Shown: positions 1 to 10,093, numbered from the stretch's first letter. The stretch is 54,783 nucleotides of DNA from an uncultured virus (IMG/VR IMGVR_UViG_3300025844_000001) (IMGVR_UViG_3300025844_000001); one strand, 5' to 3'. The notes: generated by a model not told the origin, from the sequence alone. Translations and numbers: made by a program.

Positions 1-774
1 ACTAGTAATATACAAGCAGTCTGTATTACAGAGGAGGACTTATTCGCTGCAATGGAAAAGGTAGAGTTACCTATGCCAATTCAGTTTAGTAAGGATAAAG
101 ATAATATAATAGGTAATGTAGTAGAATTATTTAGGTCAGAGTATTTAGGTGAGAAAAGCATAGGTGCTATATTTGAGCTACATGAGGAACTATTAGATGA
201 TAAATTAAAGTTATCTATAGGTTTTACCTGTGTACCTACCCTAGGTAAAAATGAAGAGATAGAGCTACTAGCATTTAGAATAAAGCTATTCTTTATTGAA
301 AAGTCCTTAGCTTATGACGATATTGCCCCTGTACATCTATTAGGAGAAACAAAAATGATTAAGTGCAAAACCGATAGTATAATGTCAATTATAGCTAATC
401 CAACTAAAGAAAATATAGCTATGTATGGTAGAGGTAGTTATGTAATCTCAGTAGATGAACTAAGATTAGCTGTATCTAAGGTTAAGCTTCCAATGGTAAT
501 ACTAGAAGATTATAGAGAGGATTTACCTCCAGTTGGTGTAATAACAGAACTATTTGAATCTGTTCATAATGGATTATTTAGTATTGGTGCCCATTTTAAC
601 TTAATGCCAAATAATAACTTTAAATACGTATCAGTAGGTTTTAGTTTCTTATGTAAAGATGAGGATTCCTCTAGTAATACAAAGTTTATTAAAGACGTAG
701 AAATAGTAAATGCTGCTGCTTTTACTATTACAGGATATGATGATGTAGCTGAATTTAAAATCCTGGAGGACTAA
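1..774 (+). CDS. Hypothetical protein made of two tandem homologous domains with a possible prohead-protease/assemblin-like fold; 5' end probably lies outside the window
   Basis: The frame is open from base 1 (TSNIQAVCITEEDLFAAM...). Internal duplication: KVELPM..IIGNVVELF..SIGAIF..LSIGF..AYDDIA vs KVKLPM..PVGVITELF..SIGAHF..VSVGF..GYDDVA. Confidence 0.6.
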   Translation, partial: TSNIQAVCITEEDLFAAMEKVELPMPIQFSKDKDNIIGNVVELFRSEYLGEKSIGAIFELHEELLDDKLKLSIGFTCVPTLGKNEEIELLAFRIKLFFIEKSLAYDDIAPVHLLGETKMIKCKTDSIMSIIANPTKENIAMYGRGSYVISVDELRLAVSKVKLPMVILEDYREDLPPVGVITELFESVHNGLFSIGAHFNLMPNNNFKYVSVGFSFLCKDEDSSSNTKFIKDVEIVNAAAFTITGYDDVAEFKILED

Positions 775-1082
775 TGAGAGTATTAATTATTTCACCAGAT
801 GAAGAATCTATTTCCCCCCAACAAGCAATTGAGCAGGCTAAGCTTGCTCATGGCTCCTACGCAACGGTAATTGCTCTACCATCCTCTGGCAATGATTACG
901 CCAACTTATATTTCTGTGCTCAAACTCTATTAGCCGAGAAGATTGCGAATATTCTAGTTGACTCTAAGGACAAAGAGTATTATAATATTGCAAAAGATAA
1001 GTTAATAACAGATGTAATTACCCAGTTTAGGGAGATATTAGATGAAGTAGTATCTGATACAGAAGAAAAGATGAATAAATGA
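774..1082 (+). CDS. Hypothetical protein upstream of helicase
   Basis: 102-aa ORF with GGAGG RBS, overlapping neighbouring stop/start codons. Confidence 0.75.
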   Translation: MRVLIISPDEESISPQQAIEQAKLAHGSYATVIALPSSGNDYANLYFCAQTLLAEKIANILVDSKDKEYYNIAKDKLITDVITQFREILDEVVSDTEEKMNK

Positions 1083-2557
1083 ATGTAGAAGCAGTAGTAA
1101 TATATCTGCTGCTAAAATCAGAGTCAAGAGAGGAAGCGTTAACTAGGTATACAGAAGTAAAGAGAGAGTACTTTACCCCTGCGTATACTTCGATTCTACA
1201 AGCTATATCTAGGTTTTATGATAGACATGGTAAAATGCCCACTTTAGGGGAGCTGAAGTTAGATAGTTCTCGTAGTCCTATGCTTAGCATTAGTATAGCA
1301 GCATTAGAATCACTAGATATACCTGACATTACTGACTTTGACTTAGCAATAGAAACCTTAAAGGATCAATATACCCAACAACAATTTTTAACGTTGATAT
1401 CTAAAGCAATTGATGATATTTCGTTAAAGTCATCTTCGGAGATAATGGAACTAGCAAACTCTATTCCTGTAACTCTAGAAGAATCTATAAAACCATCATC
1501 ATATATGCATACAGCTAGAGATATTACCATCTTCAAAACAAAAGAAGATGCCGCAGAAGAAGTTATGTACTCAGGTATCAGTAATAAACTGGATGCAGAG
1601 TATGGAGCGTTACGTCGTGGTGAAGTATTCCTTATAGGTGGTAGACGTGGTGCAGGTAAATCAGTAATATGTATTAATATTGCTAAAAAGTCCGTGCAAG
1701 AAGAAAAGTTATTTGTACCTTATTTCTCTATAGAAATGTCAGCAGAAGAAACAATGCTACGTTATATAGGTATATGTGCAGGTATTGATGCAATTAAAGT
1801 TCGTAACCAAGACTATACCATTACAGATTTAGAGAACATGGCTAGAGTTCGTGCCGATATGTTTATAAATGGTAGAGAGATTCTAGCTAGTTGTGGTACC
1901 TTAGTAGAATTTGATGACTTTATTAAGTTAGAAAAACTGCTACAGACCCAAGGCATAGATGACCCAGACAAAGGTTTAATTGTAATTGATGACCCGGAAC
2001 TAAAACTATCTTCTATAGACATGTATCTTACCAACCTAAAAGCCAAATACGGTAAAAAACTAGGGCCAGTTATTGTGGATTATATAAACCAAATAGTAGT
2101 AGACGGCTCTAACGATGCCAACATGTATGATTGGAAAAATCAGATAGTAATTGCCAAGAGACTAAAAGCTCTGGCGCGTAAGCACGATGTAACTATATTC
2201 GCGCCGTACCAGATTGACGAGAATGGCGAGGCTAGAATGGCCAAGGGTATCTTAGACTCATGTGACTTTGCATTTACCGTAGAAGCAATTCATAGTAAAA
2301 ATGGAGAATCTATGGGTGCATTAAAATGGACAGGAACTAAAGCACGTTCGCTACCTACAATTGACTTTGCCACTGGTATAGATTGGGATAAGCTTACTAT
2401 TAGTAGTATTGAGTTATCTCCTCAACAGTTAGCTTCTATAATGGGAGCTGATTTATCTAGTGCAGGTAATGAAGATGAGAAGCCTAAAAAACGTGGAAAG
2501 AAAAAAGATGATGAATCAAAGGAATGGGGAACACCAGCAGCTATGGAGCTTGACTAA
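1079..2557 (+). CDS. Replicative DnaB-like (SF4) DNA helicase, T5 D6-like
   Basis: Walker A GGRRGAGKS, FSIEMS, Walker B VIVDYIN; lies directly upstream of primase as in T5. Confidence 0.92.
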   Translation: MNVEAVVIYLLLKSESREEALTRYTEVKREYFTPAYTSILQAISRFYDRHGKMPTLGELKLDSSRSPMLSISIAALESLDIPDITDFDLAIETLKDQYTQQQFLTLISKAIDDISLKSSSEIMELANSIPVTLEESIKPSSYMHTARDITIFKTKEDAAEEVMYSGISNKLDAEYGALRRGEVFLIGGRRGAGKSVICINIAKKSVQEEKLFVPYFSIEMSAEETMLRYIGICAGIDAIKVRNQDYTITDLENMARVRADMFINGREILASCGTLVEFDDFIKLEKLLQTQGIDDPDKGLIVIDDPELKLSSIDMYLTNLKAKYGKKLGPVIVDYINQIVVDGSNDANMYDWKNQIVIAKRLKALARKHDVTIFAPYQIDENGEARMAKGILDSCDFAFTVEAIHSKNGESMGALKWTGTKARSLPTIDFATGIDWDKLTISSIELSPQQLASIMGADLSSAGNEDEKPKKRGKKKDDESKEWGTPAAMELD

Positions 2558-3414
2558 TGAGTAAGGTATTAGAATTACTGAATAGAAAGCAAATCCCATA
2601 TATTGAGAAAGGCAACGACGCATTAGTTTGTTGCCTATCTCCTGACCATAATGACTCTAGCCCCTCTATGCGAATAGATAAGACTGTAGGTAAGTATAAC
2701 TGTTTTGCTTGTGGATTTGCAGGACAGAATATATTTGAATACTTTAATGAGTACTACAACCCTATTAGTAGAAAAGCAGCAGAGCTAAAGAATAAAATAT
2801 CAAATATAATGATGGATATTTCAGGTATAGAAATACCTGAAGGTTCCGAGTTTTACCTAGGAGACTATAGAGATATACCTCCTAAGTTATATAAGAAGTA
2901 CAAAACTTTTCAGCATCCTAATTTTGAGGATAGACTATGTTTCCCTATTACAGATATTAGTGGTAAAATTACTAATATTATAGGTAGAAACTTCTATTCA
3001 ACAGTGCCACCTAAGTACAAAGTATACCCAGAGAGTAGGGCTATACCAATTTATCCCCATGTTGCTGGTAAGTATGTTGTACTAGTAGAGGGTATATTCG
3101 ATATGCTAAATCTAGAAAAACATGGTATGACTAATGTAGCCTGTCTATTCGGCACAAAGTCTCTATCTGAAAGAAACATACTAGATAAGATAACACCTTT
3201 AATGTTATCAGGGGTACAGGAAGTAATACTATTATTAGATAATGACAAGGCTGGTAATTCAGCGGCTGCTTATCTTAAAAAGATAATAGAAATTAAAACT
3301 AGTATGGCAGTACACATATTCAACGAATACTTACCTTTTGACAAAGACCCAGGATCACTAGAGGAACAAGAAGTACATCTTATTAGCGCAGAGATTGATA
3401 AACTAGTTTACTAA
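2557..3414 (+). CDS. DNA primase (Zn finger + TOPRIM)
   Basis: C..PDHND..PS...CFAC zinc finger; TOPRIM motifs VEGIFD and LDNDKAG. Confidence 0.93.
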   Translation: MSKVLELLNRKQIPYIEKGNDALVCCLSPDHNDSSPSMRIDKTVGKYNCFACGFAGQNIFEYFNEYYNPISRKAAELKNKISNIMMDISGIEIPEGSEFYLGDYRDIPPKLYKKYKTFQHPNFEDRLCFPITDISGKITNIIGRNFYSTVPPKYKVYPESRAIPIYPHVAGKYVVLVEGIFDMLNLEKHGMTNVACLFGTKSLSERNILDKITPLMLSGVQEVILLLDNDKAGNSAAAYLKKIIEIKTSMAVHIFNEYLPFDKDPGSLEEQEVHLISAEIDKLVY

Positions 3415-3435
3415 TTAGTTGGAAATTGCTATAAT
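3407..3435 (+). promoter_or_regulatory. Sigma70-type promoter upstream of DNA polymerase
   Basis: TTTACT-17-TATAAT with extended TG. Confidence 0.7.
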
Positions 3436-3465
3436 AATTAAGTTAATAAAACAAATGAGGTTATA

Positions 3466-5874
3466 ATGAAAGATAAGGTATTAGTTATTGATAAAAATCC
3501 TAATAGAACAGATTATTCTAAACTATTAGGGGGAATGCCTGTTGATGTTGTATATCTAACAGAAGAAAAAGTAAAGACATTATACAAAAAGCACGTAACC
3601 TTAGATATGAATATTATCTTCGATTATGCACATGTAGTATTAGTAGGAGCAGATGCCTTAAAAATCTTCTCTAAGTCTACAGCAATATCAGACGCTACTG
3701 GTCGTAATGTAAAATTAAAAACTAGTAAAGAGTTTGAGGGCAAAGAACATGATGGGTTATACGCTATTGTAAACCCAGCTATGCAACACTTTAAACCTGA
3801 AATCAAACCTATACTAGAGACCTCTGTAAATGCAATCATATCGCTTATTTCTGGTAAAACAGTTAGTAAAGCACCTGTTGATTATAAAGCAATTACTACA
3901 GAGGAAGAAGCCTTAGCTTACTTAGATTTGCTACAGGCAGAAAAGGTACAAGCTATTGGTCTTGACTCGGAAACTACAGCATTCTATCCTCGTGATGGTT
4001 ATGTTCTAGGCGTGAGTATTTCGCATAAAACACATCAAGGTGTGTATATTCATGCAGATGCTTTAAGTGACTTAGTATCCTTCCGTTTCCAAAAGGAAGT
4101 ATTAGATAATCCTAATGTAGATATTTTCCTACATAATGCTAAGTTCGATATGAAGTTTTTTACATATCACTTCCATTGGCAGTTTGCTAAAGCATTTAGA
4201 GAACATCGTTTACACGATACAATGCTACTACATTATGTTCTAGATGAACGTAGTGGTACACACGGGTTAAAATCATTAACTATCAAGTACACAGATATGG
4301 GTAACTATGATGAAGCACTTGATGACTTTAAGAAAGAATATTGCTCGTTGCATAAACTAAAGCAAGAAGATTTCTCATATGACTTAATCCCATTCGATAT
4401 TATCTGGCCTTATGCTGCTGGAGATACTGACGCAACTCTACGATTAGCTAAGAAGTTCAAGCCTCTTGTTGATAGTAACCCTGCATTAAGTAGCTTATAT
4501 TACAATGTAATGCTACCAGGACTACAGTTCTTAACTACTATGGAAGACCGTGGTGTTCCTACAGATAAAGAGCGTTTAATTAAGTGTAAGCATGCATTAT
4601 ATGATAAAATTAATGTATTAAATGAACGTCTATATACTAGACCAGAAGTAGCTGAGTTCGAAGCTAAGATGGGTAAGAAGTTAAACCCTGGTTCAGTTAT
4701 GCAATTAAGAACCTTATTATTCGATATTGCTAAAATTACACCACTTAATAAGTTTACTGGTACTGGTGCTATCTCAACAGATGCGGAAGTACTAGAGAAG
4801 TTAGGTGAAACTCATGAGTTACCAAAGTTACTATTGGAAATTCGTAAAGCAACAAAAGTACTTAACACATACATTATCAAAATGCTAGACAATATTGACC
4901 GTGATGGTTGTTTACGTACAGGGTTCAGTCAACATACGACCACTTCGGGTCGTCTTAGCTCGTCTGGTAAACTAAACCTACAGCAACTTCCTCGTGATGA
5001 TGCTATGGTTAAAGCGTGTATCGTAGCCCCAGAGGGTTATAAGATTGTTGCTGTGGATATGGAAACTGCGGAAATGTGGGTAGCTGCTGCTTTAAGTGGT
5101 GATAAAAACCTACAGAAAGTATTCAATGATATGGCTGACAAGTCTGTTATTTCTGCCGACTTCCATAGTTCTATTGCACACATGGTATTTAGACCTAACT
5201 GTTTAGCACATGAATTAAAAGAGATGTTCCCTGCTTTACGTCAGGCATCTAAAGCTATTTCATTCGGTATTCTATTCGGTAGTGGGCCCTCTAAAGTAGC
5301 AGAATCTATTAATGAGTCGTTATTCGAACAACATGTTAAGACGGGTTGCCCATACGAGCCTATTGATAAGATAGATGCTCAAGGCTATATTGATACATAC
5401 TTCAATAGATTCCCTGACTTAAAACGTTGGATTGAAGATTCACATGAACAGATTAAGCAACATGGTTTCATTTATAGCCATTTTGGTCGTAAACGTAGAC
5501 TACGTAATATTCGTTCAGCATCTAGAGAAACTGTAGGTGAAGAATTACGTTCAGGATTTAACGCTATTATTCAGGGAGCATCTTCTGATGTACTTTTATT
5601 AGGTGCAGTAGAAGCAGAAAATAGAATCCAAGAGCTAGGAATGGATGCTAGTATTCGTATGTTGGTACATGACTCTATCGTAGCTATTGTACGAGAGGAT
5701 CAAGTAGATGAATATACTGCTTTAGTAATTGAGTGTATTCAACGCGACCGTGGACTTAACTTCGGTGGTCATGGTGTTGGTGTTGAATCAGACTCAGAGA
5801 AAGGTGGTTCTGATGACTATAGTTGTGGTAAGTTTGCTAAGCAATACCCAGAGTTATATGAACTTAAAGGATAA
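3466..5874 (+). CDS. pol: Family A DNA polymerase with 3'-5' exonuclease
   Basis: Exo motifs LDSETT, HNAKFD, YAAGD; pol motifs GRLSSS..NLQQLP, RQASKAISFGILFG, LVHDS. Confidence 0.97.
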   Translation: MKDKVLVIDKNPNRTDYSKLLGGMPVDVVYLTEEKVKTLYKKHVTLDMNIIFDYAHVVLVGADALKIFSKSTAISDATGRNVKLKTSKEFEGKEHDGLYAIVNPAMQHFKPEIKPILETSVNAIISLISGKTVSKAPVDYKAITTEEEALAYLDLLQAEKVQAIGLDSETTAFYPRDGYVLGVSISHKTHQGVYIHADALSDLVSFRFQKEVLDNPNVDIFLHNAKFDMKFFTYHFHWQFAKAFREHRLHDTMLLHYVLDERSGTHGLKSLTIKYTDMGNYDEALDDFKKEYCSLHKLKQEDFSYDLIPFDIIWPYAAGDTDATLRLAKKFKPLVDSNPALSSLYYNVMLPGLQFLTTMEDRGVPTDKERLIKCKHALYDKINVLNERLYTRPEVAEFEAKMGKKLNPGSVMQLRTLLFDIAKITPLNKFTGTGAISTDAEVLEKLGETHELPKLLLEIRKATKVLNTYIIKMLDNIDRDGCLRTGFSQHTTTSGRLSSSGKLNLQQLPRDDAMVKACIVAPEGYKIVAVDMETAEMWVAAALSGDKNLQKVFNDMADKSVISADFHSSIAHMVFRPNCLAHELKEMFPALRQASKAISFGILFGSGPSKVAESINESLFEQHVKTGCPYEPIDKIDAQGYIDTYFNRFPDLKRWIEDSHEQIKQHGFIYSHFGRKRRLRNIRSASRETVGEELRSGFNAIIQGASSDVLLLGAVEAENRIQELGMDASIRMLVHDSIVAIVREDQVDEYTALVIECIQRDRGLNFGGHGVGVESDSEKGGSDDYSCGKFAKQYPELYELKG

Positions 5875-5877
5875 CTC

Positions 5878-5905
5878 AGAAGGGACGCGCAAGCGTCCTT
5901 TCTTG
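5878..5905 (+). terminator. Rho-independent terminator after pol
   Basis: Hairpin AGGGACGC-GCAA-GCGTCCTT followed by a T-rich run. Confidence 0.7.
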
Positions 5906-5922
5906 CTTCTGGGAGTAAATAA

Positions 5923-6423
5923 TTGATTAAATATCCAGTATTCGCACTAAGACAATATGAGTTAATAGAAGAAATAGATAATATAGTATATATTAATACC
6001 TTTTATACTAGATATGTGCTAGATGATAAGAATATTGATTCAGATAGCTTTCTAGAGCGTAGAGTACTAATGCTAGCTAGAGAGTATGAATATAAAATAT
6101 ACCCATTAAAATATAAGTGTACTACAGTAATACAGGTAAATAAAACCTATAGATTATTAAAGTACAATAAGTTCATTGATAGTACTGGTCATATTACCAC
6201 GTATAAACCTAAAGAACTTACTAAAGTAGAATGGAAACCTTGTAAAAATATAGTAAGTGCAGATGGACAATTCTATGCTGCCATAGTACAAGGAGAGCCT
6301 TATCATTTTGTGACACAAGAGCCGTATAATTACTTAGGTATAATCTCTTACAAGGGAGGCCGTCATATATTTGATACAAGCAACACCAAACCTACTAAGG
6401 AGGTAGAGTGGAGAAAGATATAA
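5923..6423 (+). CDS. Conserved T5-like hypothetical protein between pol and D10
   Basis: 166-aa ORF, GGAG RBS, syntenic position; YPVFALR/YVLDDKNI/FIDSTG motifs. Confidence 0.75.
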   Translation: MIKYPVFALRQYELIEEIDNIVYINTFYTRYVLDDKNIDSDSFLERRVLMLAREYEYKIYPLKYKCTTVIQVNKTYRLLKYNKFIDSTGHITTYKPKELTKVEWKPCKNIVSADGQFYAAIVQGEPYHFVTQEPYNYLGIISYKGGRHIFDTSNTKPTKEVEWRKI

Positions 6424-6764
6424 AGAAGCTAGTATTATCAAACAAGTTATTTTTTAATTGTACAGATAATAAGAAACTGGCAATATTAGAAAAGGCGCTA
6501 ACATACCAAATAGAATCTATGGGAATGAGTACGCAACCTAGATTTGTTAAACGTATTGGTAAGGTAGCCAAAGATGTATGGTGGGCACCTTTAGGTAATA
6601 TAGATTATGTAAAGGATGTATTAGCAGCAGATGAATACGTTATTATTGATAAACGTAGTGTAGTACCAGCAGAGATACCAGCACCTACATTTACACTCCG
6701 GGGGGATCAAGAATCTATATACAATGAGTTTGAGGATTCCTGTATTATCAACGGTAAACCAGGT
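6408..6764 (+). CDS. D10: D10-like SF2 (UvsW-like) helicase, exon 1
   Basis: AGGAGG RBS; Q-motif TLRGDQ; ends in half of Walker A (NGKPG), completed by FGKT in exon 2. Confidence 0.88.
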
Positions 6765-6911
6765 TAGAAATCCGAGGCTTGGTATAAACTCCTTTAATTG
6801 CTGGAACCCCCTTAGAGCAACTTAAACTACAACGTGACTAGAAATAGTGAGCGTGAATGTTTGAAAATTAAGTTGATTGGGCAATCAGCAGCTAAGATTC
6901 TAATAATATTA

Positions 6912-6940
6912 TTTACAAATCCATTTAGTTTTGGTAAAAT
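6912..6940 (+). promoter_or_regulatory. Internal promoter in intron P6 loop, likely driving the endonuclease
   Basis: TTTACA-17-TAAAAT, the same class as the other early/late promoters of this phage. Confidence 0.6.
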
Positions 6941-7018
6941 AATATCAAGAATAAAGTTCAGAGACTATCTAGAAATAGAGTAGCTACTAACGGGTGGCGA
7001 AACGGGGAGCAATATAAA

Positions 7019-7759
7019 ATGAAAGAAATACCAACATCAAGTGTATGTTTAGACCGTGCAAAACAAATGAAAGTAGAAGTATTAAAGTCTATACGATATA
7101 GTAACTATACGTCTAGGAGTATACTTTGCTCCAACTGTAATTACACCACAGAAATTCAAGACCAAACGTTTATACGCTGGCATAAGAAAGGTAACATATT
7201 TTGTGGAATATGTAATGGTGCACAGAAGAATATACCTGACGAAGTTAAGGTAGCCCAGATAAATAGTAGGCGTCCACCCGCATATTTAAAGCTAGTGGAG
7301 GTTGTAGAGTATTTGGGTTATAATAAAGAAACTACACAGGCGTACTGTACTGTAAAATTTTTAAAGTGTTCACATACTAAGAAATACTCAACTACGACTT
7401 TAGGTCATCTTTTCTCTAAAGGGAAAGGATTGCGGTGTGATATATGTAATTCTAATATATCATGTATAGAGCAGTTAGTAGAAGATAAATATTTAGATGA
7501 ATCATTTGAGATACAGGTACCTTATGCGTGTATAGGTAATACTAAACGACGTTGGATTGCAGATTTCTATTCAGAACAACTTAATACTATAATAGAAGTA
7601 ACCTCTGGTAACCTACAAAGCACTGAAGACTATTCCAATAATATAGAGGAAAAGAAGCTATGGTGTAGGGAACAAAATATAGAGTTTATACTAATAAATA
7701 GTATTAATAATATTGAAGATATAGTCCGAACTCTAGAGAAATCTAGAGAGTGTACCTAA
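7019..7759 (+). CDS. Intron-encoded putative homing endonuclease (CxxC zinc ribbons + C-terminal Vsr/DUF559-like PD-(D/E)xK domain)
   Basis: CSNC, CGIC, CDIC motifs; C-terminal SCIEQ..RWIADFY...IIEV..KKLWCREQNIEFILI; inserted in L8 and runs through the S element. Confidence 0.75.
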   Translation: MKEIPTSSVCLDRAKQMKVEVLKSIRYSNYTSRSILCSNCNYTTEIQDQTFIRWHKKGNIFCGICNGAQKNIPDEVKVAQINSRRPPAYLKLVEVVEYLGYNKETTQAYCTVKFLKCSHTKKYSTTTLGHLFSKGKGLRCDICNSNISCIEQLVEDKYLDESFEIQVPYACIGNTKRRWIADFYSEQLNTIIEVTSGNLQSTEDYSNNIEEKKLWCREQNIEFILINSINNIEDIVRTLEKSRECT

Positions 7760-7784
7760 CGGGGTACATGTAACATAAGTCTTG

Positions 7785-8786
7785 TTCGGTAAGACAATTA
7801 CAGCATTAGCTATCGCACATAAACTACAACAAAAAACACTAGTAGTATGTACAACAACAACTATTAGAGATCAATGGGTAGCAGAAGTAAAGAAGTGGTT
7901 TGGGTTTACTCCAGGAATCATTGGTTCGGGTAAGTTCAATATTGACCCACCAATAGTAATAGCTAATATACAAACAGTAAGAAAGCATGGTGTGGCGCTA
8001 AGTGCTAAGTTCGGTATACTAGTAATAGATGAAGCCCATCACTGTTGTGCTGCTACATTTACTCAAATTATCGATGAAAGTAGAGCTAGATATACTATTG
8101 GACTAACAGGTACACTGAAACGTAAAGATGGACTTGAAGCCACTTTTAGAGGTTACTTCAGTGAGAAAGTATTTATTCCAGCAGTTAGCAATACTATAAA
8201 ACCAGTAATACATGGGTATTCTACTAAGATTCCTATCCCTGGTAACATGGCTACGCCATGGGCACATAGAATAAATGAATTAATTGAGAATCCTAAGTAT
8301 AGAGAGCTAGTACTAAACCTAACTAGAGCCTATATTGATATGGGGCACAAGGTATTAGTAGTATCTGATAGGGTAGAGTTCTTGGAATGGATTCATGAGA
8401 ATATAGAGGGGTCTTACCTTATAATTGGTCAGGGAGAGACTAGTAAGCTAGAGAATAGAAATAAAATCATGGCAGCAGTAGCTAATGGGCCACCAACAGC
8501 TTTAAATGCTAGTATTTCTATATTCTCTGAGGGTGTTTCTCTAAATGAGTTATCTTGTTTAGTGAATACAACTTCTACTAATAATGAATCTCTTGTAGAG
8601 CAGTTAGCTGGACGTATTATGCGTATTACAAGTGACAAGTTAGACCCAGTTATAGTTGATATTGGGCTTGGAGGACAAACAGGTACTAGACATAGATCTA
8701 TGAGATATGCTTGCTACGCAAAGAACGAATGGAACATTATACCAATGACTGATACTAATATGGCTGAACTATTGCAGGGTAAATAA
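7785..8786 (+). CDS. D10: D10-like SF2 helicase, exon 2
   Basis: FGKT, DEAH, TGT, SEGVS, QLAGRIMR motifs; spliced product about 452 aa. Confidence 0.9.
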   Translation, partial: FGKTITALAIAHKLQQKTLVVCTTTTIRDQWVAEVKKWFGFTPGIIGSGKFNIDPPIVIANIQTVRKHGVALSAKFGILVIDEAHHCCAATFTQIIDESRARYTIGLTGTLKRKDGLEATFRGYFSEKVFIPAVSNTIKPVIHGYSTKIPIPGNMATPWAHRINELIENPKYRELVLNLTRAYIDMGHKVLVVSDRVEFLEWIHENIEGSYLIIGQGETSKLENRNKIMAAVANGPPTALNASISIFSEGVSLNELSCLVNTTSTNNESLVEQLAGRIMRITSDKLDPVIVDIGLGGQTGTRHRSMRYACYAKNEWNIIPMTDTNMAELLQGK

Positions 8787-8800
8787 TACTGAATAAGTTC

Positions 8801-9024
8801 TTTACTAAATGCTAAATAGTTTGTATAATAGTTTCTTAAAGTTTGAGGGAAAAAGTCTCTAGCTCTGAAAACACAGTAAAGCAATTAGTTTTAAAAATTG
8901 CTTTACTGGCTACTTAGATTAAAGTATAATATTTATATCGAAATAGCAAAGGGGACAAAGGGTATAACGATGTTGAAATAAAAGTTAAATTCTTCTTTAC
9001 AACTTGATTATAATCTTGTATAAT
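8801..9024 (+). promoter_or_regulatory. Three tandem sigma70-type promoters
   Basis: TTTACT-17-TATAAT (8801-8829), TTTACT-17-TATAAT (8902-8930), TTTACA-17-TATAAT (8996-9024). Confidence 0.75.
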
Positions 9025-9375
9025 ATGATCTTATTCAATTACTCCGCAATATATTTACTATCAAAAGGCGATAGCTCGCTAATTGTCAAATACCTACAAG
9101 CTCGTGCTCTCGGAAATTATCAGAATCTACTAGGTTTAAACTTCTTAGTTAATACCGCAATCTTGTTTAGCGACAAGTATTCTGATCGCGAAAAAGCTGA
9201 ATTTGTAGGTTTATGCAGTCTAAGGTTATACTCGGACTATAAACTAACACAGAAAACTAATCTCCATATTTCAAGAATACCGCCTTGGGTTTCCAAATAT
9301 GTTGTCGAAAACAATCCACTAATCGAAATAAACCAACCTAACTTAATATTCAAAACAGAAGGAAATACTAAATGA
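9025..9375 (+). CDS. Conserved T5-like hypothetical protein preceding D11
   Basis: ORF with likely ATG at 9025 (MILFNY...); syntenic with T5-like phages. Confidence 0.7.
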   Translation: MILFNYSAIYLLSKGDSSLIVKYLQARALGNYQNLLGLNFLVNTAILFSDKYSDREKAEFVGLCSLRLYSDYKLTQKTNLHISRIPPWVSKYVVENNPLIEINQPNLIFKTEGNTK

Positions 9376-10085
9376 CACAAACTAATCAAGCACTTGCATG
9401 GGGCGAATCTAAAGGCGAAGCAGCAAAGAACGGCCTACCGTTTATGAAGTTTCAAAAAGATAACCAATTCCGTATTATCAGCGGTATCGTACCTCGTTAC
9501 GTATACTGGGTTAATAACGCAGAGGGTAAGCCACGTACTTTCGAATGTTTAGCATTTAATCGTGCAACAGAGCGCTTTGATAACTCAGCTAAAGACCCTA
9601 TCCGTGAAGCGGGATTAACGCAGAAAGGTGAAGGAAAAGATGCTGGTAAGTTAGTCCCATTAAAGTGCAAACGTGCTTATGTGTGTCTAGCTATTAATCG
9701 CGCAACTGGTAAAGTAGAAGCAATTGACCTTAAAAAATCAATCTTCGATGGTACTAGCGATACAGCAGCTCAATTAGGTAAGTCTCCATTAGACTTCGAT
9801 ATCTTTGTTCAGAAAACAGGTTCAACTTGGAGTGACACAAAATATACTGTTCAGCAGTTAAAGTGTGGTGCTTACAAGCAAACTGACGAAGAACGTGCCG
9901 CAGACCAATTACTTATTGACGAATGCGATGATATTTCTAGCTTATTCCCGCGCCCAACATACGACGAAGTCAAAGCAGCTTTAGCGTCTTGGATGTCTGG
10001 TGAGAAAGAAGCTAAAGAAGAAGATGCTGATGGTAACTCTACGCACGAAGCAAGTCAAGAAGCTATTAACGAGCTTGAAGACTAA
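9372..10085 (+). CDS. D11: Single-stranded DNA-binding protein, T5 D11-like
   Basis: PRYVYWV..FECLAFNR motif; acidic C-terminal tail; synteny. Confidence 0.85.
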   Translation: MTQTNQALAWGESKGEAAKNGLPFMKFQKDNQFRIISGIVPRYVYWVNNAEGKPRTFECLAFNRATERFDNSAKDPIREAGLTQKGEGKDAGKLVPLKCKRAYVCLAINRATGKVEAIDLKKSIFDGTSDTAAQLGKSPLDFDIFVQKTGSTWSDTKYTVQQLKCGAYKQTDEERAADQLLIDECDDISSLFPRPTYDEVKAALASWMSGEKEAKEEDADGNSTHEASQEAINELED

Positions 10086-10093
10086 ATAACTTA

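Larger units (their letters stand above)
6765..7784 (+). mobile_element. Group I self-splicing intron (IA2-like, with P7.1/P7.2) in D10 helicase
   Basis: P AATTGCTGGAA (6796), Q AATCAGCAGC (~6882), R GTTCAGAGACTA (~6956), S AAGATATAGTCC (~7716). P1 ACCAGGT/GCTTGGT has U.G at the 5' splice site, terminal G is 7784, P10 is CCGAG/TTCGG. Splicing restores GKPGFGKT in frame. Confidence 0.93.

Noticed and set aside
6408..8786. D10 as a pseudogene or intein-split gene
   Set aside because: The in-frame stop and complete group I RNA core indicate RNA splicing; no intein motifs
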